Assembly (NCBI GenBank): GCA_029858935.1
Contig: JAOUEA010000001.1
Span: 1-63,409 of the forward strand
Length of the DNA: 63,409 nt
DNA from: Actinomycetota bacterium
Lineage (GTDB): Bacteria > Actinomycetota > UBA4738 > HRBIN12
Reading direction: 5' to 3'
The notes beneath the pieces were generated by a model. That model had not been told where the DNA came from, ran no database searches, and saw only the letters and a list, made by a program, of their open reading frames with translations. A program made the translations under genes and the position numbers. Positions 27,620 through 36,506 of this stretch are shown one piece after another (positions within the stretch are counted from its first letter, which is position 1; each line of letters begins with the position of its first letter).

Positions 27620-28741
27620 TCAGACGGGCAGTGGCATGCCCGCCTGCTGCATCGCAAGCTCGAAATCGTGGCGGTTCGACACGGCCTGGAACGCATCCTC
27701 GACGGTGACGGTGCCTTCCTGCACCAGCTTCAGGAGGCACTGGTCGAACGTGATCATGCCGTAGAACGAACCATCCTGGATCACGTCCTTGATCTCGTGG
27801 GTCTTGTCGGGGTCGGCGATGCGCTCGGCCACGCGGCCAGTGTTGATGAGGATCTCGAGGCCGGGGGTGCGCCCGCCGTCTACGGTCGGGACGAGTCGCT
27901 GACAGATGATCCCGCGCAGCGTGCCCGCGAGCGCGAGCCGCACCTGCTTCTGCTGGTACGGGGGGAAGAAATCGATCACACGGTTCACGGTCTCGGTGGC
28001 ATCGACGGTGTGGAGGGTCGACAGCACGAGGTGGCCGGTCTCGGCCGCCGCGATCGCCGCGCGAACCGTCTCGGTGTCACGCATCTCGCCGATCAGGATC
28101 ACGTCCGGATCCTGCCGGAGGGCAGCCCGCAGCGCCACGAGGAAGTCCTGCGTGTCGTTGCCGACTTCTCGCTGGTTGATCGAAGAGATCTCATCCCTGT
28201 GCAGCACCTCGATCGGATCCTCGATCGTCACGATGTGCACGGGCTTCGTCTTGTTGATGTAGTCGATCATCGCGGCGAGGGTCGTCGTCTTCCCTGATCC
28301 GGTGGGCCCGGTCACGAGCACCAGGCCGCGGTGTTCCTCGGCGATCTTCCTCACGGCATCGGGCAGGCCGACCTCCTCGAACGAGGGGCCGCCGAAACGC
28401 AGCTTCCGCAGGACCATGCTCACCGAGCCACGCTGGCGGAACACGTTCACGCGGAACCGGCCGACGTGGGGTATCGAGTACGCGAAGTCGATCTCGCCGT
28501 TCTCGACGAACCGTGCTTTCCGATCCTCGGGGATGATGCCCTCGGCGATCGCCTCACACTCGATGCCCGTGAGCGGATCGCGCTCGAGCCGATGGAGGCC
28601 CTTCGGGAGACGGATCATCGGCGCCGATCCGACCTTGACGTGCAGATCCGAGCCCTCGCCCTCAACGAGCTGCTCGAGCCATCCGTTGAACTCCGGAACG
28701 ATCGGTGTGCCGTCCGACGACGTCGTGGCCGTCTGTTCCAT
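27620..28741 (-). CDS. pilT: type IV pilus retraction ATPase PilT
   Basis: Walker A GPTGSGKTT, Asp box, Walker B DVILIGEMRD and His box TGHLVLSTLHT. Confidence 0.9.
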   Translation of the reverse strand: MEQTATTSSDGTPIVPEFNGWLEQLVEGEGSDLHVKVGSAPMIRLPKGLHRLERDPLTGIECEAIAEGIIPEDRKARFVENGEIDFAYSIPHVGRFRVNVFRQRGSVSMVLRKLRFGGPSFEEVGLPDAVRKIAEEHRGLVLVTGPTGSGKTTTLAAMIDYINKTKPVHIVTIEDPIEVLHRDEISSINQREVGNDTQDFLVALRAALRQDPDVILIGEMRDTETVRAAIAAAETGHLVLSTLHTVDATETVNRVIDFFPPYQQKQVRLALAGTLRGIICQRLVPTVDGGRTPGLEILINTGRVAERIADPDKTHEIKDVIQDGSFYGMITFDQCLLKLVQEGTVTVEDAFQAVSNRHDFELAMQQAGMPLPV

Positions 28742-28892
28742 AACCCTGATTCCTCCGACGCGGATGCGTGTCGATTCGGGCGAACCGTCGTCGCCCCCGG
28801 GGTGCTCCCCCTCTGCATCGGACGGGCGAAGCCCAGACTTCAGTCTGAGTACGTGGTTCGCCTGGGTCGATGCGTACGCATGGGACTGGTGC

Positions 28893-29573
28893 TCAGCCGG
28901 GAACGGCCGACAGCCGGCAGACCGAGGTTCGATCGACGAGCGGCTCGAGGGCCGCGAGACGCATCGGCGGCCTCGAGCTCGCCAGCATGCCCTCGATCAG
29001 TCCGCGGTGCAGCGAGCAGACGAGATCGCGGTGCTCCTCGATGAGGTCGCGGAACGGACAATCTCGCAGCGTGATGTCGACCCGGGCACGTCCGCGCCGG
29101 CGGAACCGCGGCTCGAAGCCGGCCTCGGCGAGGGCTTCCTGCAACACCGCCAGGTTCGGACCGCTCGAGATCCTGGCGTCGGGCCTCGGCGCGGACCGGC
29201 CCATGAGGTAGGCGCCCCACTCACGGGCGGTCGCGATCGCGCGGTCGCGCTGACGCGCACCGGACACGAGCCCGGCCACGATGTCGGCGAACAGTCGGTA
29301 GTCGCGGCCTTCCCGTTCCTCGCGGTCGACGGCCGAATACACCGTCTGGGGCCGTCCGACCGAGGTCGATCCGCGTTGCGCCTCGCTCGAAACGAGGCCT
29401 GCGTCCTCGAGCCGGCGAAGGTGCGGGCGCAGGGTGTTCACGTGCAGTCCCAGACGCGCTGACAGCTCCCGCACCGAGACCGGCCGGCCGGACAGCCGCA
29501 GGTAGCGGAACAGGCGATACCGCGTGTCATCGGCCAGCGCCTTGTGGACCTCGATCGGTGACGGCTCAGCCAC
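28893..29573 (-). CDS. ArsR-type wHTH regulator with a Cys-containing C-terminal domain
   Basis: ALADDTRYRLFRYL....VRELSARLGLHVNTLRPHLRRLEDAGLV. The C-terminal domain has C-x13-C plus a third Cys. It is divergent from mrp. Confidence 0.7.
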   Translation of the reverse strand: MAEPSPIEVHKALADDTRYRLFRYLRLSGRPVSVRELSARLGLHVNTLRPHLRRLEDAGLVSSEAQRGSTSVGRPQTVYSAVDREEREGRDYRLFADIVAGLVSGARQRDRAIATAREWGAYLMGRSAPRPDARISSGPNLAVLQEALAEAGFEPRFRRRGRARVDITLRDCPFRDLIEEHRDLVCSLHRGLIEGMLASSRPPMRLAALEPLVDRTSVCRLSAVPG

Positions 29574-29615
29574 TCGCGCACCTCGGACGTATCATGGGTT
29601 TCCACGGTCGACACC

Positions 29616-30749
29616 GTGCGAATCAAGCTTAGAGCGAAAGGGACGGTCGTGATCACCGAAGAGCAGGTGCGACAAGCGCTCCGGGCCGTGATGGACCCCG
29701 AGATCGGGCGCCCGATCGAAGACATCGGCATGTTGCAGTCGATCGCGATCGACGGAGGGCGCGTCGAGGTCCACGTGCTCCTCACGATCGAAGGGTGTCC
29801 GCTGAAGGACCGCATCACACAGGATGTGACCGCCGCCGTGCAGCCGCTCGAAGGCGTCGAGCACGTCGGCGTCCGCCTCACACCGATGAGCGAGGAGCAG
29901 CGGCAGGGACTGGTTTCGACGCTACGAGGGGGCGCGGCGACCCCGCAACAGAAGATCCAGTTCCCGCCCTCGACCTCGGTGATCGCGGTGGCCTCCGGCA
30001 AGGGCGGAGTCGGCAAATCGTCGGTCACTGTCAATCTCGCCGCGGCGCTCGCGGCCGAGGGGAAGAAGGTCGGTGTGTTGGACGCCGACGTCTGGGGCTT
30101 CAGCGTGCCCCGCATGTTGGGAGTCTCGGGAAAGCCCGTCGGTTTCGACAACATGATCATGCCGCTCGAGGGCTATGGCGTGAAGGTCATCTCGATGGGT
30201 TTCTTCGTGCCGGAGGACACGCCCGTGATCTGGCGCGGTCCGATGTTGCACAAGGCGATCGAGCAGTTCTTGGGCGACGTGTACTGGGGTGATCTCGACT
30301 TCCTGCTGTGCGACCTGCCGCCCGGCACCGGTGACGTCTCGATCTCGCTCGCATCGTTCCTGCCCGGGGCTTCGATGCTCGTCGTGACCACTCCCCAGGA
30401 AGCCGCTCGCACGGTCGCCGAACGAGCCGGGCGCATGGCAGAGCGTACGAACCTACGCCCCGTCGGCGTGGTCGAGAACATGAGCTGGTTCGAATGTCCT
30501 CATTGCGGGGAACGCGAGTCGATCTTCGGCGACGGAGGCGGACTGGAGGCAGCCGAACATCTGGGAGTTCCGCTCATGGCTCAAGTGCCCTTGATGCCGG
30601 CGATGCGCGAAGGTGGCGACACCGGGACACCGATCGTGGTCTCGCACCCCGATTCGCCAGCAGCCGAAGCCCTGCGGCACGCCGCGACGGCGATGGCTCG
30701 AGCCACGAAGTCCAAGGTCGGAAAACCGCTGACCCTGATGACGAGCTAG
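29616..30749 (+). CDS. apbC: Mrp/ApbC/NBP35 Fe-S cluster carrier ATPase
   Basis: N-terminal DUF59-like segment, deviant Walker A SGKGGVGKS, and CPHCG. GTG start. Confidence 0.88.
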   Translation: MRIKLRAKGTVVITEEQVRQALRAVMDPEIGRPIEDIGMLQSIAIDGGRVEVHVLLTIEGCPLKDRITQDVTAAVQPLEGVEHVGVRLTPMSEEQRQGLVSTLRGGAATPQQKIQFPPSTSVIAVASGKGGVGKSSVTVNLAAALAAEGKKVGVLDADVWGFSVPRMLGVSGKPVGFDNMIMPLEGYGVKVISMGFFVPEDTPVIWRGPMLHKAIEQFLGDVYWGDLDFLLCDLPPGTGDVSISLASFLPGASMLVVTTPQEAARTVAERAGRMAERTNLRPVGVVENMSWFECPHCGERESIFGDGGGLEAAEHLGVPLMAQVPLMPAMREGGDTGTPIVVSHPDSPAAEALRHAATAMARATKSKVGKPLTLMTS

Positions 30750-31171
30750 TCGCCTTCCGGATCGTCGTCGAGATCTCCGGCGACCTCGTGACCCGCAGCA
30801 CGGAGCGCTGCGACGGCTTCGTCGACGCGTCGCACCAGCACGTAGTCGGTGTCGTAGGTCGCGATCGTGAACACCGCCACCCCCGCCGCGGCGAGCGGCT
30901 GAGTGACCGAATGCAAGACGCCAACGAGCGACAGGTCGAAGGTGTCGTCGAGGACCAGGCACCGCCACCCGTCCTGGCCCGGGATCTCTGCGGGCACTCG
31001 CTCAGCCCGACAGACGATCGACAGTTCGTTGCCCGTACGCGTCACCGATGTGAAGGGGCCTGCGACCCATGACGGCACAGGCTCGTCCGCCGGGAACCGA
31101 CACACCGTGTAGGCGCCGGGCATCAGAACGATGCGAAGCGTCGGCGCGCCGTCGAGCGTCGCAGCGTTCAC
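30746..31171 (-). CDS. ACT-domain protein (ACT_7/CASTOR-like)
   Basis: About 141 aa (..YTVCRF....LSIVC....GVLHSVTQPLAAAGVAVFTIATYDTDYVLV). The GTG start overlaps the lgt stop (GTGA). Confidence 0.55.
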   Translation of the reverse strand: MNAATLDGAPTLRIVLMPGAYTVCRFPADEPVPSWVAGPFTSVTRTGNELSIVCRAERVPAEIPGQDGWRCLVLDDTFDLSLVGVLHSVTQPLAAAGVAVFTIATYDTDYVLVRRVDEAVAALRAAGHEVAGDLDDDPEGD

Positions 31172-32169
31172 GACGTCGGCTCCGCCGCGCGGCCGGGCCC
31201 CGACCGTACGGTCGCCGGCTCGGATTCCGCGGACGATGGATCGGATGGTCGAGCCGGCCCGCCGCCGCTCGGTGCGTCGGGGTCGGGTCGCATCGCGAAC
31301 CAGACGAGCAACGCGGCACAGATCGTCGCGACCGTCGCCGCGGTCCATTGGCTTCCGGTCAGGCCGAAGAACTCCTTGTCGATGCGCAGGGAGTCCTCGA
31401 TGACGCGCGAGACGCCGTACCAGAGCCCGAACGTGAGGGTGAGCACGCCTTCGCGGCGAGGCTTGCTCATCATCACGTAGAAGAGCAGTCCGAACAGCGC
31501 GGCGGCGCTCACCATGTCGTAGAGGGCGGTCTGGTGCACACCCACCCCTTGGGCGATCACGCGCCCTGCCTCGTCGAGCAGCCGCGCGCCCTCGCGGTTG
31601 ATCGTCTCCAGGTGCCCGCCCTGGAGCGATGCCTGGCAGAACTCGTCCTGACACGAGAACGGCGGCGCGATCGTGCCGCCCCGATAGGTCCAGGCGAGCA
31701 GCCAGCTCGTCGGCTTGCCGAGATGATCGGCGATGATCAGGTCGCCGATGCGCCCGATCACGATGCCGAGCGCCAGCGAAGGCGCGACCGGGTCTGCCAC
31801 CTGGAAGAACCGGTACCCCTGACGTCGTACGCGTGGCGCGTTGACGATGACGGCCCCCGCGATGCCCCCCAGCAGCGAGATGCCGCCTTCCCAGATCTTG
31901 AGCATGTCGACGAACGAGTCGAATTCCGAGAAGTGGCCGATCACGTAGAAGACGCGAGCGCCGACGATGGCCCCGATCAGCGACCAGAAGACCACGCCCT
32001 GCGCGTCGTCATGGGAGACCCCCCAGCGGGGAGCGATGCGTCCCAAGAGCCAGGCGCCAGTCATGAAGCCGAACGCGATGAAGATGCCATGGGGCGAGAT
32101 CGCGAACGAATCCCCGAGACGGAACCGGTCGAGGACGGGCCAGCCGACCTGAGCAAGGATGTGCAGCAC
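31168..32169 (-). CDS. lgt: prolipoprotein diacylglyceryl transferase
   Basis: Lgt core (..ISPHGIFIAFGF...WEGGISLLGG...GRIGD..) with an actinobacterial-style Pro/Ser-rich C-terminal tail. Start is inferred at GTG 32169 to avoid overlapping the PAP2 gene. Confidence 0.8.
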   Translation of the reverse strand: MLHILAQVGWPVLDRFRLGDSFAISPHGIFIAFGFMTGAWLLGRIAPRWGVSHDDAQGVVFWSLIGAIVGARVFYVIGHFSEFDSFVDMLKIWEGGISLLGGIAGAVIVNAPRVRRQGYRFFQVADPVAPSLALGIVIGRIGDLIIADHLGKPTSWLLAWTYRGGTIAPPFSCQDEFCQASLQGGHLETINREGARLLDEAGRVIAQGVGVHQTALYDMVSAAALFGLLFYVMMSKPRREGVLTLTFGLWYGVSRVIEDSLRIDKEFFGLTGSQWTAATVATICAALLVWFAMRPDPDAPSGGGPARPSDPSSAESEPATVRSGPGRAAEPTS

Positions 32170-32198
32170 TGCGTCCGAGTGTAACGGCGAGCGCGCCG

Positions 32199-32789
32199 TC
32201 AGCCGCGGCCTCGGGGCCACACCGCCGCGATCGCTCGGCCCATCAACATGCCGCTGACGACGTCGCTCGGGTAGTGCACTCGGAGGTACACGCGAGAGGC
32301 GGCCACCGCCAGGCTGAGTGCGTTGAGACCGGCTCGGGCGGTGGGCCCGGCACGCAGCTCACGGGCCGCGACGGTGGTGAACGTGCTCAGCACCGCCGGG
32401 TGGCTGCTCGGCCACGACGTTCCCCTCGGGGGAGCGATCATCGCCCTGATGCCCTCCGGATCGGCATCGTATGGCCTCGGACGATCGACGAGCTTCTTCA
32501 CCTCTTGCCCCAGCACCCAGGTGGTACCCGCGGCGGCGAACGCGCGGGCAGCGTGACGCGGACGCCCGAGCGCCGCCAGCATGCCCGCCGCGGCCCCGGC
32601 CGCGTAGATCGATCCGAGCTCCGTGATGGCATCGAACGCACGGTCCGCCGCGGGTCCGTGGCGACCGTTCATGGCCTCGAAGAGGTCGGCATCGGCCTTG
32701 CGGCCGACATCGCTGCCGAGAGCGAAGTAGCCGACGCCGGCCGACGCCGCCGCGAGCGCCCCCCCTTTGAGCACGGAGCCGAGCCTCAT
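32199..32789 (-). CDS. PAP2-family phosphatase
   Basis: PAP2 motifs KxxxxxxRP (KKLVDRPRP), PSSH (SWPSSH) and SRxxxxxHxxxD (SRVYLRVHYPSDV). Confidence 0.85.
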   Translation of the reverse strand: MRLGSVLKGGALAAASAGVGYFALGSDVGRKADADLFEAMNGRHGPAADRAFDAITELGSIYAAGAAAGMLAALGRPRHAARAFAAAGTTWVLGQEVKKLVDRPRPYDADPEGIRAMIAPPRGTSWPSSHPAVLSTFTTVAARELRAGPTARAGLNALSLAVAASRVYLRVHYPSDVVSGMLMGRAIAAVWPRGRG

Positions 32790-33235
32790 CCGCTCACCCG
32801 GTCCTCGATCTCCCGCTTCTGCGCCAGCACGCCGTGGCGCAGCGCATACTGCGCTCCCCCCATCGCGTTGAGGCCTGCCGCTCCGAACCCACCGAGCGGC
32901 CCGCGGAAGCGGTAGGTCACCTCATGGCGCAGCATGCTCCGTTCGAACGGGAGCGTGCCGACCGTCGTGGTGACCGTCGCTTCCAAGAGCCCCTCGAGCC
33001 GCACGCTGGAACGCCATGGCGGCTCCCACTCCAGCACGGTGGCGTGAACGGTGGTTTGTACCCCCATCAGTCCCATCACGACGTCGTAGCGGGCTCCCAG
33101 ACGAACTCCGTCTTCAGGCAGATCGACATGCATGACATGTTTGTCCCACTGCGGAAGGTTGCGGGGGTCGCTCGCGATCGCCCACACGGTCTCGGGCGGC
33201 GCGTCGACCTCGACCGAAAACTCGACGGTCGTCAT
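32786..33235 (-). CDS. SRPBCC (START/polyketide-cyclase-like) protein
   Basis: 149 aa; ..VDAPPETVWAIASDPRNLPQW.. is typical of the fold. ATGA overlaps occur at both ends. Confidence 0.65.
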   Translation of the reverse strand: MTTVEFSVEVDAPPETVWAIASDPRNLPQWDKHVMHVDLPEDGVRLGARYDVVMGLMGVQTTVHATVLEWEPPWRSSVRLEGLLEATVTTTVGTLPFERSMLRHEVTYRFRGPLGGFGAAGLNAMGGAQYALRHGVLAQKREIEDRVSG

Positions 33236-34179
33236 GCCGCCGACGCGCTGCCGCTCGTCCAGCCCTTCCACCAGACAAGGCGCTCGGGCGTGATGCGCGC
33301 GAGAGCCCCCGCTCCTGGATGCAGCGCGGTCGCGATCGATCGGGCAGTCTTGGCTCCAGACCCCAGGGCGTCGAGCACGTGGAACGATGCTGAACCCTGC
33401 ACCATCGCGCCGGCCATGTCGCGAGCGCGCCATTCGCTCGACTCGTCGACGGTCAGCGCAACATGTGCGTCGGGACCGGCGCCTGCCAGCGCAAGGGTCT
33501 CGGCGGGAAGGGCGACGTACAACGCTGAAGGCTCCGCGAGCCAGCGCACCGGCAGAACGACCGGCCCGCGCGCGCCCGCAACGGTGAGTGCACCCTCGCC
33601 GCTTCGCCCGAGGGTGGTCGCCACATCGGCCGGCAGCGGGCCGAGCGGGTCCGGACCCTGCTTCACTTGGCGGAACGTCGAGCGTCCGAGGGCTTCGCCT
33701 CCCCAGCGGCCGCGGCCTTCCTGCACGCCGTCCTCGTCGAGCAGGGCAGTGCGTTCGAGATCGATACCCACGAAGACGCGACCTGGTGGGGTCCAGGCGA
33801 GCGGCACTTGCCGTGCGTCGATCGCGTACCCGGCGAAGAACTTCGCGTTCTTCTTGCTGAATCGTGCCGTGGCGCGGGCGATCGAGGTCGCTCCTGCGAC
33901 GGCCGCACCCCAGGAGTTCCGGTCAAGGGCGTCGTACGTCTTCACGGTGCCCGTGAAGGTCACGGCCAGCTCCCCGCGGCGCACCAGTCCCGCCACGCCC
34001 GGGTCGACCTTCCAGGCTCGCGCCTTGACTGAACCGCGTGAGGTCGTGAGCCACACGCGGCTCCCCGAGTAGGCGAACACCAGTGGCGTGCAGTGCGGAC
34101 CTCCGGGGGTCGACGTGGCCACGGCACAGAACGGCGCCTCTTCGAGCACCTGTTGCACCGCAGTCGACAGGAAGCTCAC
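33232..34179 (-). CDS. two-domain pyridoxamine-5'-phosphate-oxidase-like (split-barrel) protein
   Basis: Two PNPOx-like repeats (..FCAVATSTPGGPHCTPLVF.. and ..GALTVAGARGPVVLPVRW..). GTG 34179 overlaps the CPBP stop (GTGA). Confidence 0.55.
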   Translation of the reverse strand: MSFLSTAVQQVLEEAPFCAVATSTPGGPHCTPLVFAYSGSRVWLTTSRGSVKARAWKVDPGVAGLVRRGELAVTFTGTVKTYDALDRNSWGAAVAGATSIARATARFSKKNAKFFAGYAIDARQVPLAWTPPGRVFVGIDLERTALLDEDGVQEGRGRWGGEALGRSTFRQVKQGPDPLGPLPADVATTLGRSGEGALTVAGARGPVVLPVRWLAEPSALYVALPAETLALAGAGPDAHVALTVDESSEWRARDMAGAMVQGSASFHVLDALGSGAKTARSIATALHPGAGALARITPERLVWWKGWTSGSASAA

Positions 34180-34814
34180 GTCGAGGGTCCCCTTTCGATC
34201 GCCGGGCGCCCGGCCCCCGGCGGGAGCGCGAGCATCAGTCCGGTCCACAGGATATGGCTCCCCAGGCTCGCGAGCACACCGCCCGACCACCATGCGAGGC
34301 CCGCCCACAGGGCACCTCCGACGATCGCGCCCGCGACGATCGGCAGACTCCGGCTCGCGAGGTTCACGCCCACGTACGCGAACCACGCGATCGCTGCAGC
34401 CCCGACAGCGCCGGCTGCATCGACGAGCCGCTCCGGGAAGAGCCCTCGCCAGAACAACTCCTCCGCCGGCACCATGATCGCCAGGCTCAGCACGAGCGAT
34501 GTCCCGAGCGTGATCTCACCCGCCTGTCCGTATTGGTCGAGCACATCGCGGCGGAACGGCGCCCAGCGTGCGGCAGCCCACACGAATGCGCGTGTTGCGA
34601 CGTAGAGGGCGAGCCCGGCGCCGAGTCCGACTGCCAGCGCGGTCGACGCGTCGACCTCCGTCGCGGCCGTGGGCGGGCGAACCCATACCGCGGCGACACC
34701 CATGGCACCCAGCACGATCGGCATGAGCTTCCAGACATCGACGCGGCCGGTCGAGACGAGCCACCAGCCCGCGAACTCACCGACCGTGCCCAGGACCATC
34801 ACCACGACCTGCAC
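34176..34814 (-). CDS. CPBP-family (CAAX) intramembrane glutamic protease
   Basis: EELFWRG motif plus downstream His motifs; polytopic membrane protein. Confidence 0.8.
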   Translation of the reverse strand: MQVVVMVLGTVGEFAGWWLVSTGRVDVWKLMPIVLGAMGVAAVWVRPPTAATEVDASTALAVGLGAGLALYVATRAFVWAAARWAPFRRDVLDQYGQAGEITLGTSLVLSLAIMVPAEELFWRGLFPERLVDAAGAVGAAAIAWFAYVGVNLASRSLPIVAGAIVGGALWAGLAWWSGGVLASLGSHILWTGLMLALPPGAGRPAIERGPST

Positions 34815-34817
34815 CGT

Positions 34818-35573
34818 CTACACCAGGAACCGGGTCTTCACGGCGACCTCGGCCGTGAAGGCGGTGACGACGGCGAGGTAGTAGAACCCGGTGGCGGATT
34901 GCACGGCAGAGGCCCGCTCACCCTTGAGCGCCGCCCTGGTCAGCAGCGCGATCAAGCCGGTCGCCGTCACCATGCCCAGGGCGATCCAGGGCGCGAGCGC
35001 GCCAGCCGTGAGGAGCGGGTTCAAGGAGGCGGCCGTCTCGACGCCGCTGAACCCACTCGACACGATCGCCACGGCCTCGAACACCACGGCAACCAGCATC
35101 GTGCTCGTGAGCCGGTCGATCGGGCCGCGGGCCAGTCCGCGATCGGTGAGGTACCAATGCCCCAGCAGAAGCCCGTCGGTGATCGAGCCGAGGAAGGCCG
35201 CTCCGGCGACCAGCTGGAAGAGGGAGACCGGGAACGTCTGCCGCCCCGTGCCCGCCATCGCGACGAGGGTCGCGATCGAGACGACGACGCTGGCGATGCC
35301 CATCATGCGGGCAGGCAGGTGCCGCTTCAGCAGCATCAGCAGGAACGAGAGCCCGATCGCGCCCGTGGTCGCAAGCGTGAGCGTTGCGGACCAGCGTCCG
35401 GCGGCGTCCCCGGGAACCTCGGCAGCCCGCGCGGAAAGCCAGGCCCCCAGGGCGAGCACGAGCAGGATCGCCGCCGTGAGCGTGAAGAACCCCCGCTTGA
35501 CCTCGTTCCACAACGGGGAGAACCACAGGAACGCCAGAGACCCGGCCACCGCCTCGGCCAGCACGAGCGCCAT
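34818..35573 (-). CDS. polytopic membrane protein of unknown function
   Basis: About 7 hydrophobic helices. It is the first gene of the coupled operon. The start is uncertain (ATG 35573; alternatives GTG 35594/35633). Confidence 0.5.
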   Translation of the reverse strand: MALVLAEAVAGSLAFLWFSPLWNEVKRGFFTLTAAILLVLALGAWLSARAAEVPGDAAGRWSATLTLATTGAIGLSFLLMLLKRHLPARMMGIASVVVSIATLVAMAGTGRQTFPVSLFQLVAGAAFLGSITDGLLLGHWYLTDRGLARGPIDRLTSTMLVAVVFEAVAIVSSGFSGVETAASLNPLLTAGALAPWIALGMVTATGLIALLTRAALKGERASAVQSATGFYYLAVVTAFTAEVAVKTRFLV

Positions 35574-35706
35574 GTAGCCGGCTGCGCCGGTCACCGAGTG
35601 ACTCCTCGCATACGGCGTGAAGCCTACCGGGACGGCGCACGCCGCCGTGAGCGCGCCGAGCGCTTCAGCCCTGCGTTCACCTCGACGGCCGGTAGGCTTC
35701 CACCTC

Positions 35707-36501
35707 ATGAGCGACTGGCGCACCTACGACGATGTTGCCGAGACCTACGAGCGTGTGCACGCGTCGAGGTTCGAGGAGGTGGCCCGGGACCTGATCGACA
35801 TGGCGGCGTTCGCCGAGAACGCGCGGGTGCTCGACGTCGGCACCGGGACGGGCGTCGTCGCGCAGGTGGCGTCCGACTCGGGAGCGGCCGTCACGGGCAT
35901 CGACGAATCGGTCGGGATGCTCCGGGTCGCCCGGCGCGAGCGCCCCAAGGTGCCGGTCGTCGCTGCGCAGGCGATCGATCTGCCCTTCGGTCCCGGGCGG
36001 TTCGACGCCGTGATCGGTTCATTCGTGATCGCTCACTTCAACAAGGTCGAAACCGCGCTGTTCGACATCACGCGCGTGCTGCGAGGCGGGGGTCGCATCG
36101 CCTTTTCGTCGTGGGCCGACGGGGTCGATGCCTACCAACAGACCTGGCGTGAGTTGATCGAGAGCGTCGTGCCTCGCGAGATGCTGGCCCCGGCCTACGC
36201 CGAAGCAGCACCGTGGCACGAACGGTTCCGTTCCCGGACAGCGTTCGAGGAAGCGCTCATCGATGCCGGCTTCCGCCACGTCCGCACGGAGGTCTTCAAG
36301 TACCAGTGGACCTATCCACTCGACGAGTACCTCGACGGGCTCCAGATCTGGGCGATCGGACGGTTCGTGCGCGACATGCTCGGCGAGTCGGGGTGGGCGT
36401 CGCTGCGAGAGCGGGCGCGGGCGACGTTCACAGAGCTGTACCCCGACCCGCTGAACGACTTCCGTGAGGTCATCATCGCGACTGCCACCAAGCCGTCCTG
36501 A
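35707..36501 (+). CDS. class I SAM-dependent methyltransferase
   Basis: Motif I VLDVGTGTGV and post-I GIDES. Confidence 0.8.
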   Translation: MSDWRTYDDVAETYERVHASRFEEVARDLIDMAAFAENARVLDVGTGTGVVAQVASDSGAAVTGIDESVGMLRVARRERPKVPVVAAQAIDLPFGPGRFDAVIGSFVIAHFNKVETALFDITRVLRGGGRIAFSSWADGVDAYQQTWRELIESVVPREMLAPAYAEAAPWHERFRSRTAFEEALIDAGFRHVRTEVFKYQWTYPLDEYLDGLQIWAIGRFVRDMLGESGWASLRERARATFTELYPDPLNDFREVIIATATKPS

Positions 36502-36506
36502 GCCCG

